Part shown: one piece after another, positions 1 to 13,710 of the stretch
Position numbering within the stretch: the first letter of the stretch is position 1
Layout of the letters: the number at the start of each line of letters is the position of its first letter
Assembly (NCBI RefSeq): GCF_009914755.1
Contig: NC_060926.1
Reading direction: 5' to 3' (one strand)
Length of the DNA stretch: 64,000 nucleotides
From: the human T2T-CHM13v2.0 reference genome, Homo sapiens
The notes under the pieces: generated by a model
What the model was told of the DNA's origin: nothing
What the model saw: the letters and a program-made list of their open reading frames with translations, nothing else
The model's database searches: none
Position numbers and translations under genes: made by a program

Positions 1-19
1 ACTGCAATGAATACACCAG

Positions 20-90
20 GAGTTATTTTATGGATGAGGAAACTGAGACTAGGTAACTCAGACTAAAGCCCAAGTCTCCTGATTCCTATT
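20..90 (-). mobile_element. MIR SINE fragment
   Basis: ttttatggatgaggaaactgagact is the reverse complement of the MIR core. Confidence 0.6.
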
Positions 91-744
91 CTAGTCATCT
101 CAAACTGCACAACACTGCAGCACAATTGCAGAGGAGACACTCAGTGCTTCTATTACCCCTATTTTTCATGAGTTAGTCAAGTCAGCCAATGTTACCTTAG
201 ACCGGATCATCATCGAAGCACAGAGCTGGGTGAGGAAGGGAAGAGCAGAGCTGCCCTGACTCTCAGAAACACTTGGCTGGTAAGAGAAACAAAATAAGTG
301 TGCAATCAACTACACGAAAAAATCAAGTGAAGTGTGTGACATGAAAACACCTGATTTGGGGTCCCAACCGTTCTATAGTTCAGTTCTGTGTCTGGATTTA
401 CAAGACCTGTTGTGGTTTAGTGACTCATAGCTGATGGGGCCTTAAACCTCTTATAATCCCCTTATGTTATTAATACAAATGCAGAAGCAAAGCCAATAAG
501 GAAAATGACTTTCCCATTGCCCCAAAACTAGTTAATGGCAAATGTAAGATTAGAACACAAAACGCAGAACCTCACCACTCCCCAAAAGACCATTATCAAA
601 GATTGTTTTACAACCCTGGGATGTTTGCATCCTGGCTTGTGTTTCCCTATATATAGTGTGAAGGACGTTGAAAGAAGAGTAACAGGACCCAAACCTCTTA
701 ATAAATGGATATTTCAATGTATTCTCAATATTTAGCTACTCAGT

Positions 745-2752
745 AGAATTATTTTCTGATTCATCTATGTTGTCTTATGTTTCAGTGATTCCTTCTTTAT
801 TGCTGAGAATTATTCCATTAATAGATATAACACAATTTGCTTATCCATTAACCTAGTTATGGACATTTGGTTGTTTCTAGTTTTTGAATTTTGTAAATTA
901 TTCAATTATATTTCCTTCGTTAGCTTATTAGCTATAACTTTTTTGTCTTTTTCATTTCAGTGGTTGCTTGAGGGTTCAAAGCATACATATTAACTTATTA
1001 CACTCTACCTTCAAGAGATATTATACCATTTCATGTATAGTAAGAGGACTTTATAATAGTTTACTTCCATTTCTTCCTTCTTGGCCTTTGTGCTATTGTC
1101 ATACATTTTACTTTTATACCTATTATAAACATCACACTATGTTGTTATTATTTTTAAGCAGTCAAGAATTATTTAAAGAGATTTAGATAATAGGAAAAAA
1201 TCTTATGTGGTTACCATTTTATGGGCTATTCATTCTTTTGTGTAGACTTCCCTTTCTATCTAGTACCATTTATCTTAGGTCTGAAGAATTTTGTTAAATG
1301 TGTCTTGTAGTGCAGGTCCACTGTGATTAAGTGTTTCAGGTTTTGCATATTTGAAAAAGTCTTTTTTTGGGGGGGTTATTTTTTAAAGATATTTTTACTA
1401 GATATATAAGTCTAGGTTAACAGGTAGTTTGGGGTTTTGTTTTGGTTTGTCTTTATGTTGTTCCACTGTCTTCTAGCTGATGAAGACAAGTTTCTGATAA
1501 AAAATCTGTCTAGTCTTTCTTCCTATGTGTCTTCTGGCTGCTTTTAAGATTTTTTTTCTTAATCACTGCTTTTGAACTATGCTATTATAATATTTCTCAA
1601 GCTTGGGGTTTATTGAAATCTTAAATAAATGGCTTTAGAGTTTCTATTACATTTGGGAAGTATTCAGCCATGATTGCTTCAAATACTTCTGTCTCCTTTC
1701 TACTTCATAGCTCCAATTACACAGATGCTCATTTCTTTGGAGTTTTCCTACAACTCACTGATACTTCATTTTACTTTTAGCCTTTTTTTTCTATTTAATT
1801 TTGGATCATTTCTGTTGTTATGTCTTCATGTTCACTATCTAGTCTTCTGTAACATCTAATCTGCAGTTAGCTTAATACAGTGTATTTTTGCCATAGCCAT
1901 TATAATTTTAACTTCTGAAAGGCTGATTTGGATCTTCATTTTATAATTTGCATGCCTATTGAGTATAGATGCAGTTATAATAATTTATTTTATGTCTTTT
2001 GCTGGTAATTCTAAGGTCTGTGTCAGTCTGGGTCCATTTCAATTGATTTATGTTTCTCCTCGTTATGAGTTCTATTTTCCTAGTTTGTTGTTGTTGTTGT
2101 TGCATGCCTGGTACATTTTCATTAGATGCCACACAGTGCATTTTGCTTCGTTAGGTGATGGATATTATCGTATTTCTATAAACATTCTTGATTATTGTTC
2201 TGAAACAAAATTAGTTTATTTGTCGGCCTCATGATTCTTTCAGACCTTGCTTTTGAGACTCATTAGGTGGGACGAGAGCTGGATCTAGCTTCAGGCTATT
2301 AATTCCCACAACTGAGACAAGAATTTTTTGAGAGTTCTAGTCAATCCCCTGTGAGTTAAGAGGTTTTTCCAGTTTTGCTGAGGGGGAACAGACTCAGTAC
2401 TCTGCTGCATATTCAAGAAGGACCCTCTGCAAATCTCTGCATTATCTCTTCATCAGGTTCTCCCTTCTTTGGTATTCTACTCTGTGAACTCTAGCAGCCT
2501 TGGCATCTCAGCTCTGTCTCTTCAACTCAGGGAGACCAATGGGTACTGCCTGGGTCGCCTCTCCCTGCACTGTGGCTACTTATAAGGCTCACATCATTTG
2601 TTTATTATATCTCAGAGATTATTGCCCTTCATTATCTGATTTCCAATTTCTTAAAAATCATTATTTCATCTATTTATGTAATTTTTATTTTTTAGTTGTT
2701 TCAAGTGGAATGGTAAATCTAGTCTGTTATTTCACCTTAACCAGAAGCAGAT
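745..2752 (-). mobile_element. Ancient L1M (L1MC/ME-type) fragments: 3'UTR piece, inter-ORF/ORF1 region and 5' end
   Basis: ttattgctgagaattattccatt...ggacatttggttgtttctag resembles an L1M 3' region; the T-rich antisense ORF1-like stretch ends in an L1M 5'-terminus-like ccttaaccagaagcaga. Confidence 0.6.
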
Positions 2753-2759
2753 GACCCTT

Positions 2760-4250
<1,491 letters not shown>

Positions 4251-4252
4251 TG

Positions 4253-4357
4253 AAATCAGGTCTTGCTATCTGACCTTGAACTCCTGGGCTCAAGCAAGCC
4301 TCCGACCTCAGCCTCCTAAGTAGCTGAGATTACAGGCATGCACCAGTGTGCCTGGCT
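4253..4357 (-). mobile_element. FLAM/Alu monomer fragment
   Basis: ttgaactcctgggctcaagc...cctcagcctcctaagtagctgagattacaggcatg...cctggc. Confidence 0.8.
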
Positions 4358-4359
4358 TC

Positions 4360-5942
4360 TTTTTAATAGCTTTCTGTTATTGATTCTAGTTTAAATCCCT
4401 TCTGCAGAAAAAAGTACTTTACGTAATTATATACTTCAGATGTGTCCCCGCCAAAATCTCATATTGAAATGTAATTCCCAGTATTGAAGGTGGGGCTTGG
4501 TGGAAGGTGATTGTATTATGGGGGTGCATTTGTCATGAATGGTTTAGCACCATCCTCTTGTGCTGTCCTTGAGACAGTGAGTGAGTTCTCATTAGATCTG
4601 GCCCTTTATAAGTGTGTAGCACCTTCCCCTTTGCACTTGCTCCTGCGCCCACCATGTGAGACACCTGCTTCATCTTCTGCCATGATTGTAAGCTTCCCAA
4701 GGCCTCCCCAGAAGCAGATGCCAGCATTATGCTTCCTTTACAGCCTGCAGAGCCATGAGCCAATTAAACCTCTTTTCTTTATAAATTACCCAATCTCAAG
4801 TATTTCTTCACAGCAATGCAAGAATGGCCTAATACATATAATTTCAGTTCTTTAAAATTTGTTGAGCTTTGTTTGATGGCCCAGAAGATAGTGCTTCTTA
4901 ATGAATGTTCCATGTGTACTTGAAAAGAATATGTATTCTATTACTGATGGGTGAAGTGTTCTATACATGTCAATTTGCTGAAGTTGGTTGATAGTGCAGT
5001 TCATGTCTCCTATATTCTTACAATTTTTTGTGTATTTGTTCTATCAATTCCCGTGTGAGAAGTATTGAAATTTCCATCTATAATTGTGGACTTCTTGCTT
5101 CAGTCCTGTAGGTGTTTGCTATTAAGTGCATACACATTATAAAGTGTTTGGATCTTTGGTTTATTGCATTTCATCAATTTTGGAAAAGGCTTGCCCATGA
5201 TCTCTTCAAATATTTTTTTCTGCTCTCCGGTTTTTTCTCTATCTGGGACTCCAGCTACACATATGTTAGACTTTTGATGTTGCCCCACAATTCTTACCTC
5301 TCAGATGCTTTGTCCTCTCTACCACCACCTGTTTTTTTCTCTTGTGTTTAAGCTTAGATAACTTCTATTGTTCTAACTTCTAATTCACTCATTCTTCTTC
5401 AGCTGTGACCAACCTGCTTATCGTATCTTTTATGTATGTAGTTTTTATCTCGTTACTGAAATTCTAACTCTATTCTTGCATGTTGTCTACCTTCTCCAGT
5501 GGTTAATATCATTAATAAATATCAATCATAAGTATTTTTAAAGGTCAGTGTTCCAGCATCTATATCATCTCTACTGATTTGTCTCTTCACAATGGGTTAG
5601 TTTTTAGGGGTTTTATAATTTTTGTAATCAAAAGCCAAACATTATGCTTAGAACAATACTGACTGAGTTTTAAAATATTTGAACACAGAAATGGATGTAG
5701 TTCTTTTTCTATCAGGCATTATGGGGAGTTGATTTAATCTAAGTGATCTGGATTTGGGTTTTTTATTACTATAGTTACCTTTGGTGCACTTTGAATAATT
5801 CAGTTCACCTTGTTACCCAGTGACCTCTATTGTGGATTCAAGAAAATTATTTTTGTTGTTTTTTACTATTTAGTTTTTCTTATTGGTAGGATAGGAACAG
5901 AGTTTTCTTGTGACTTTCTATATCCTAAGCAGAACTGGAATC
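4360..5942 (-). mobile_element. Ancient L1M (ORF2 start, ORF1 remnant, 5' end), interrupted by an MST LTR
   Basis: ORF 5100..5288 KSNICVAGVPDREK...KIFEEIMGKPFPKLMK matches the L1M ORF1 motif; antisense ORF2 endonuclease-like sequence on both sides of the MST. Confidence 0.75.
4427..4836 (+). mobile_element. MST (ERVL-MaLR) solo LTR
   Basis: tgtgtccccgccaaaatctcatattgaaatgtaattcccag...ataaattacccaatctcaagtatttc...gcctaataca. Confidence 0.9.
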
Positions 5943-6810
5943 CTATTCTATTCTATATTATTCTATTCTCTTCTATTTATTCTGCACCATCAAAAAACAA
6001 AACACAATAAACAAAACATTGCAGGTAGTGACCACTACATTTAAAATTCATAATCTACTAATTAGTCTTTGCCTGCTGAAAGCCATTAAAGTGGATATAA
6101 AGGATTGTTGGAGCCAAGAAATCAAAATTTCCCTCCAGGCCAAACAGTTATTTTAAAACGTTTTCTTTGTATAATTTACTTCTGTATCAGAAACTCTTCT
6201 TGTAGTTCTGGGAAAAAAGTGGCCATGAAATTATATAAAATGAATTAAATATATAAGAAAACAGATTTTTAGCTTGATGAAAATAAAAATTTTATGAAGT
6301 GCAATCTGTTAGGGCTACTTTACCATCAAATTTTTTTTTGAAACCAGATAACTTTAGCTCTTTTGAAAAATCGGATTCCAATATCAAAGGACAAAATTTA
6401 CTGCAAATGAGGGCTACACACACAAGTTCCAAAAGTGAATATTTCCTGAAAGCTTCTATTTTGATTGGAATGACACTCAGTGGTGATTGCTTTATGCAAC
6501 AGTCTCTATTTTGCAATCAAGTCTTATAAAACGAGATTTTCTGCTAAAGACTGAACAAGGTAAGTGGAAGCATAAAGCTGAACCGAAAGTCTGGACACAA
6601 GGCAAAGAGTTAGGGTGAGATCTAGAGAGTTGAAAATTATCTGCATATGTGGCCAATTTGTGTCACTGACTTTCCGGAAAATGGCTCTGTAGAGAGACAG
6701 GGCTAGAACATATAACAAGTTTAAAAGAAAAAGCCCAAGCTACTCTGTTTGGGTACAGAATTGAAACTAACAATGAAACCAGAGAAAAATGGAAAGATAA
6801 TACTAGAACT

Positions 6811-7230
6811 GTATTAGTCCATTCTCACACTGCTATAAAGAAATACTTGAGACTGCGTAACTTATAAAGAAAAGAGGTTTGATTGGTTCAGCATTCTGCA
6901 GGCTGTACAGGAAGCATAGTGGCTTCTGCTCAGCTTCTGGGGAGGCCTCAGGAAACTTTCAGTCATGGTGGAAGGCGAAAGGGAAGCAGGCACGTCTTAC
7001 ATGGCCAGAGCAGGAGGAAAAGAGAGGGTGGGAGGTGCCACACACTTTTAAACAGCCAGATCTAGTAAGAACTCTATCACAAGAACAGCACCAAAAGGAT
7101 GGAAAGGATGGTGCTAAATCATTCATGAAGGATCCACCCTCATGATCTAATCACCTTCTACCAGATCCCATCTCCAACATTGGAGATTACAATTGAACAT
7201 GAGATGTGGGTGGGGACACAGATCCAATCC
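6811..7230 (-). mobile_element. MST (MSTA/B-type) solo LTR
   Basis: tgtattagtccattctcacactgctataaagaaatac...ggggacacagatccaa; the terminus is disrupted by an A-rich run. Confidence 0.9.
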
Positions 7231-8849
7231 AAAAAAAAAAAAAAAAGAAAAAAGAGGGGGAAAGAAAATATATGAGATCCAAGCAAAAGGTCCAAATAAA
7301 CAAGTGTTTATAATCAGAGTTCTTGTAAAGCACTCTGATAATTTCATACATTACTATAGCCTTATATTTTAAACATTATCTGGCTCTACTGAAGTCACAG
7401 CCCACGGAGTGGGACTGACAAATATACCAGCTATCGGGGTTATGTAAACAACCTTCAGTGCACTCTGTAGCCTAATTTACTGTCATAAACATTGTGGGAA
7501 GCAGAAATCTCTATGGCAGCTTGGTGTGGATATTCTCACTGTCAGCAGGGAAAATTCATTGCCTTCTCACAATGCTGAGACTCCAACAGCATTTACCAAG
7601 ACAGATGACTTGGTGACAGACACACAGGCCGAAAGTTAATATTTAGCTCAGTGAGATGAAACATGAGAACATCAGAATTGTGCCCCTGGGCCAGTCCCTT
7701 GATTCTGCAGTCCAACTGACTGTCTCTGATGATGACCCCAAGAGTGAGTCCTGGAGGGCCAGCATGTCACATTCAGTATCAGCCTCAGAGGTCAGGGAAA
7801 GGTTCGATCACTCTGGCTTCCCTTAATAATCCATGCTATACCTATCATCTCCGAATGGATTGTAAGCACTTTGCAATCTACTTGTATTTTAGCCAGTACC
7901 ACCTTTGAGGCTAAATGAGTTCCAGAAGTGTATTTACCTCCCTCTGCTGAAATAATACACACCTTACATTTATTCTAAACTTGCCATTCTTGAATATTCA
8001 ATATTTGCATTTGTTAAACAAGCCTCAACTTATCCTCTCCATTCAATCATGACTTGGTAAACTTTGATTCTGTCCAAACACAGTCTTATCTTTCTCAATG
8101 AAAGGTCTTTTGTTTGGGACTGTATTTATATAGCTATCTCTTCTCCCACAACTTCCTCAATCTGTTAAATTGTCTTTCTGGATTAAAAAAAAAACAACAC
8201 AGATCTTGATGATATAAGGTACCGTGCTCTCGGCCACAGCTCTCTTACCCTTTTTTATTTCTCTCTAGAATTGAAATTGAGTAACGTTTAACAGAAGGTG
8301 TCTGATTACAACAATGCCCTGGCTGTGAAGAGAACAAATTCAGAACTTTCTCCTAAGGAGAGAAGGAGCAAACTGTTACTCTCTTGTCAAATCCAGTTTT
8401 CTTTTAATCTCTGATAATGTTTCACATTGAACCAATGCCTTTAATATGACTTAGTGCTTTAGGAAAATAGTATCACCTCAGGATATTTAGGTAACTAAAC
8501 CAGCAGATCCAATAAGTGTTATCTTTCAGAGTCAGCCTTCTGAAGGAGGCTAGATGCACATGTGAATGACTTTGCCATAGCACAGAATGCGTCTGGATCA
8601 TACTTCTGGAAATTCCTCTGGAACCACTGTGTAAATGAAGCTATCAGGAAATCTCATTGCTTTGTAATCATGCTTTACTTTTGACTAAAAAGTAAAAACA
8701 CCGAGAGTTCAGAGTTCATTTTTCAGACTTGTTTCCAAATGAATTGACCTTTTGTAAAAATCCATGTTCAAAGTAAGTCACCATTGAGGGTTAGCCTTTC
8801 TTTCCAACCTTACCACAACCATCTCTATCAGCAACTATTCCTGGAAACC

Positions 8850-9240
8850 TACAGGAAGTAGGCTCTGTGCTGCAAAGAGATAGAGCAATCCATTAAATAT
8901 GGTTCCTACTCTTAAAGAGATTACAGCCCAGGTGGAAGCAAAACACAGGTGTAATATGAAAAGCACTAGATGAAGTATAAGGTATGTGAGGCTTGAGAGG
9001 AGTCTGAGCTGAAACAGCCTTAGGAGAAGTCCTAATGAGGAATGGGACTTGTGCTCAGCACAAACGGACTGGGAAAGCTGAACGTGTATGGATATCCTTC
9101 ACAGGCTGACTAATCACACAAAGTGCAATGACTAGTTTGACTAAAAGTAATGAGACTGGGACATGAGCTCCACTACTGACTTAAACCTTGCTTTAAACAA
9201 GTTATTTAACCTCTTGAGTTCTCTAATTCCTTATGGTACC
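8850..9240. mobile_element. L2 and MIR relics
   Basis: ggttcctactcttaaagagattacag (antisense L2 3' region); caagttatttaacctcttgag (MIR core). Confidence 0.45.
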
Positions 9241-9249
9241 TGCACTACT

Positions 9250-11150
9250 CGTTCAAAATGGCAGACTGAACACATGCGTTGACTTCCTTCCTTCCCCCAA
9301 CCCACCTAAATGACAAAAAGCAGTGGCATGCAGTTATTTGACACCCAGATGCATCATCTTTTAATACTCCCTTTTTATGACAAAATTGCTTTCAGTACTA
9401 ATCGTTATTTCATTAATTTGTTTCACAGTTTGAAACAAAGGTTTACTTTATATACAAAAATTTTCATTTAAAAATACTTAGTGAAATAAATCATGTATGA
9501 ACTAAAATTAGTACTTACCACAAAAATATTACAGCTATTTGGTCTGTTGATCATTGTTTTCAATTTAAACACAAATAAAACTCAAAATTATCAGATAAAA
9601 TGAGATAATGGAAGTAATTCAAGTTCTGTTTCTTCTTTATCATCACTGCACTGTCATTGTTCATTTCAAATCTACTCTTTTCAACGCAAGCATAGGTAGC
9701 ACCATAGGGATTGGAGATACAAATGCTTCCGAAAGTGAGCTTGAATGCTTCCAAATCTTTAAGAACTTACTCTTGAAACAAACATAGGTAGCTGAATCCC
9801 TTTGTGTTGAAGTCAATTATGTAACTGGAAGATTTCCAAGTTAGCTTCTCTGTAGAATCCAATGTTTGTTACAGAACAAGCAGTAAAAATTACGCTTATT
9901 TGTGTTGGGGTCAACCGTGTAACTGGGAAATTTCCAAATTAGCTTCACTGTAGAATTCAGTGTTGTTAAAGAATAAGCAGGCAGTAAAAACTGTGGTTTT
10001 TTTCTGATACACATATATATTATTAAAACTCTACAGTAACCAAAGCAATTATTTAGAACTTAGATCAAAGAAAGTGGGTTTTTTGGTCGGGGGATTGGAG
10101 GAGGCCAGTTATCACTGACCTTGGTGATTATAAAAACCAGACTTCCTTTCAGTTGGTTTTATTATTGTGTTTAAATTCTCTACCAGCAATACATCTCCTG
10201 TTGCTTGCACCCAGAGCTTTCCAGCTGCCCCATCTTTAGTATGCTATCACAGTAAAGTGCACAAGGATATAAAGCCATAAAAAAGCACCAAGAATGGGAG
10301 TTACAGCCATTTAGAAAATCTTGAACAACAGGCTTATACTGCCTACTAACACTGGATGCAGGAGGAGGCTCCAGCTCAGGAGGAAGACCACCACATAAGT
10401 TTTTCCCGTATAATATTTTGGAATAAGCAATGTAGAGAGAATGGGAGAAGGGGCAGAAATTGAGATGATGAGTAAAGAGCCACCTGTGGAATTCTGCTGG
10501 GTCAGGAGATAATCCCTTCTCCACTCTCTCTGCCCCGTGCCACAGCAGTGTCTTCCCCCATGAAGGCCTGGGAGATGCTCCCAAAGGAATTAAGCAACCT
10601 GCTTGGGAATAATTTGCACCTACATGAAAGTTGGTCCCTCAAAGCTGGCTCTCTTCGTTGTGGCCCAGCAAAGGGAGAGACAGGGCAGCTTGACTGAGGT
10701 GAAGCCTGGCAGTCAGCACACCCCGAATTCAAACTGCTGTCTCCCTGTGGAGGGGCACCTGAAGCAACAGAGGAAACCACGTCATCTGCCTTTACTAATC
10801 AACAGTCTTTCGTGCTTAAATATGAATTACAATCAAGGCTCCTGGAAAACTTGCAGAGAGCCAGCTGTTCAGAGAAGAAGGAATAGGATGGAAGAAAGAA
10901 CTGAGAAGCAAACATTGGGTACCCTAGAAAAGAGAAACAAACATCAAGAGAATTCTAATTAATAGCGTCCAAGAGCTGTAAGAAGAGTGGGCATCCAGAA
11001 AAAAAGAACAGGTGACTAAAAAAATACATAGTAAAAGAAAAGGAAAGAGTTCATAGAAATAAAAACATTATTTAATAGAAGGGCCACAAGAAGTTCAGGA
11101 AAGCTTTCAGAATATAAAAAAAGAGAGAGAAAATAAAATGTAAGGGATAA
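9250..11150 (+). mobile_element. HAL1/L1ME-type 5'UTR and ORF1 start, split by a MER97 insertion
   Basis: aaaatggcagactgaacacatgcg...cccacctaaatgaca matches a HAL1-like 5' end; it resumes at acagtaaag (10249), with A-rich ORF1-like sequence at 10900-11150. Confidence 0.6.
9321..10248 (-). mobile_element. MER97-type hAT-Tip100 non-autonomous DNA transposon
   Basis: Left terminus cagtggcatgc...tttgacaccc; right end (reverse complement) gggtgcaagcaacaggagatgtattgctggtagagaatttaaacacaataataaaacc matches the recalled MER97 consensus; degraded TSD acaaaaag/acagtaaag. Confidence 0.75.
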
Positions 11151-12699
11151 TTATACATTTAACATGTACATGTTTTATTTTTCTCAAAATATCCGATATT
11201 ACATCAAATAATTAATAGCATTAATATTCATGAATGACAGATTAGAATCTAAGAAGTAAAGTATTACAGTCTGATTCTCCAGATGTCTATACCTTATCAC
11301 AGAATCAGAGAACATCAGTGGTTAAAAAAAAAGGTGGAAATCATCTCAGTAGTTTTCAAAGAGTATTCCACTAAGACCTAAGATTTGGTAAAATTTTATC
11401 AGCAGGTTTTAAGGGAAGCTGAGCAGACAAAGCCCCACACCCTTGTGTATAATTTAACCAGGTGATTTCTGTTTCGTGTTTTTGTACTGGGGTTCTATGT
11501 ACAACCTCACTTATAAAGGAGTTATTTACTAGAGAACTAGGCTGCGCATGCAGAGCTAATATGAATGTGGTCTCATTTAGACTATACTTTTAAACTATAT
11601 GCTCATCATTCATGTAGAAATACTGAAAGCTGCATGAGGGGACAGAAAAATAGGGCTGTTAGAGCCTCAGCCTCCCCTCTATTATGCCAGGCATCTTGGA
11701 TGGAACCCAAACTTGCCGTTTTACAGAATAAAAACTCTGTGGTAAACCAGCTTCCCCCTCCGTAGAAGAGTTTATCCTCCATCTGTTCTTTCTTAAGCAT
11801 TCTCCTTGGAAATCTCACCCAATATCCCAAACGGCTTATTCTAAGATCACAGGCAGTACCCTTCCTGAGTGAGGTTCTGATAAATTGTGTTCTCTCCATC
11901 TTATTATATTTCCATTGCTGTTTTTACACCTCATTCAGATTGATATCATGAGCAGCTACTTAGTGGCCAGCCCCATGATCTGGCTCAGTGTGTTCAACAT
12001 AAATGTTTGATAATCACAAATCGGAATCAGATCTCTTGCTTACAATTGTGGAAAAGGAGACCTGGAAGACAAAATGACTTAACCAAAGTTACAGACTTTC
12101 CTGTTATATTTGACGTTGCTGTTATGCTTTCTTACAGTTTCACTTGGCTACGTTTTTTCTTCTTAAATGGATGTCAGCTACCTTGGTTAAGGATCATCAG
12201 CTTAGATTCTTTTTCTAACTCTCACAGCATGGTGTTAAGAATAAAACAAGTGACCAATAAGTACTTGTTGATAAATTCTTTTAAAATAGTTTTTAAAAAG
12301 AAAATAAGTGTCCACTTTCAAGTAGGAGGCAGTAGAATGTAATAGCTCAACATTTCTGCTGCAATGATTAAGGGAAAAATTGACAAAGATTTAAAGATAA
12401 TATTTTTAGAGGCATCAGACAACTATAGAAGCAAAAATGGCTAAATTGCCTAAATTTCCAAAGAAGAAAATGTCCTTTTTACAGAAAGTGGGCAAATGCT
12501 GGTCATTTTCTACCTTAGCAGCATTTGCCAATCATGGGAGCTAGCCAAGGTAGAGGTACTTTACCAAAGGGGGGAAAAAACCCCTCAGAGTTTTGATAGT
12601 CATGCTGACAATGTTGAAGGATTGGAATCCTAGTCAAGCCCCAAACATACAACTGATTTTCCCCATGGGACATCTGCAGAAGTTTGGGAAAGTGCAAAT

Positions 12700-12916
12700 G
12701 GCTGGTAACAGAAATTAAAAAGTGATTGCCTCTGTTGGCAAGTTTTAAGGGAGGAGATTGATTGGAAAGGGATATGAGATAACTTTGGATGGTGAAGAAT
12801 ATATTATGTCACTTGTTTTGAGAAGAAGTTGTACAGATGTACCTAATTGCCAAAACTCATCCAACTATCATTTGAGATCTGTGCACTTTATTTATGAAAA
12901 TTATATCTTCATTAAA
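12700..12916 (+). mobile_element. L1ME-type 3' end
   Basis: gtgattgcctctg...gattgattggaaagggatatgag...aaaactcatccaact...ttatatcttcattaaa. Confidence 0.65.
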
Positions 12917-13119
12917 TATGTAAATATAGTAAGAAGGGGAATACTGGGTCAGCAATTGCAAGATTATCCTCAGAGTTCTGGACAAGGGATAAAGTCTGGG
13001 AATATCTGCAGTTCCTTAATTTTTGTCCCATCATACACTCATCACATAGCACTTTGTATTTTAGCTATTTTTTTCTATGGATTAATCCTATTTTCCTATG
13101 TGCATTCTTTGAAGCAAAA

Positions 13120-13710
13120 AAGTCTAATAATTAAAAGTGTTGCTGAGGATGTGAAACAACTGGAACTCTCCTTATTGTTAGTAAGAGTTTAAATTAGTAC
13201 AATCACTTTGGAGAACACTGCGGTAGTATCTACTAAAACTAAACATATGCACACCTTATGATCCATAAATTCCATTCCTAGTTATATATGCAAGAGAAAT
13301 AAACATATATAACCACCAAAAGTCATATAATAGAATGTTCATAGGTGATTTATTTATAATAACCAAAAATATAAAAATAACTAACCACTAACAATAACAC
13401 AGAAAAATAAGTAGCAATATTTTGTAGCAGATTGTAAAGAAATAACAGCAATATAAAGAACAAGCTATACATTATGACATTAATTAATTTCAGAAATACT
13501 AGGTTTAGCAAAAGAAGCAGGATAAAATAGAATAGAGGTATTGATTTGGAAGAGGCACAAGGGAGCCTCCCAGAGGGCTGAAATGTTCTATATCTTGCAT
13601 ATCTTGATCAGTAGTATGTGTACCCCCGACACACACACATATGTATCTCCACCAAATGAATACTTAAGATACGTGAACTACACTGAAAAGTGTAAAAAGA
13701 AAAGAAATAG
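13120..13710 (+). mobile_element. L1ME-type 3' fragment
   Basis: aagtgttgctgaggatgtgaaacaactggaactctc...aattccattcctagttatat. Confidence 0.7.

Noticed and set aside
9560-9754. PYGATYAC peptide resembling the hAT dimerisation motif
   Set aside because: Lies in a non-autonomous MER97 with no extended transposase similarity.
10180-10962. 134-aa and 119-aa ORFs
   Set aside because: They span MER97/HAL1 sequence and show no protein family resemblance.
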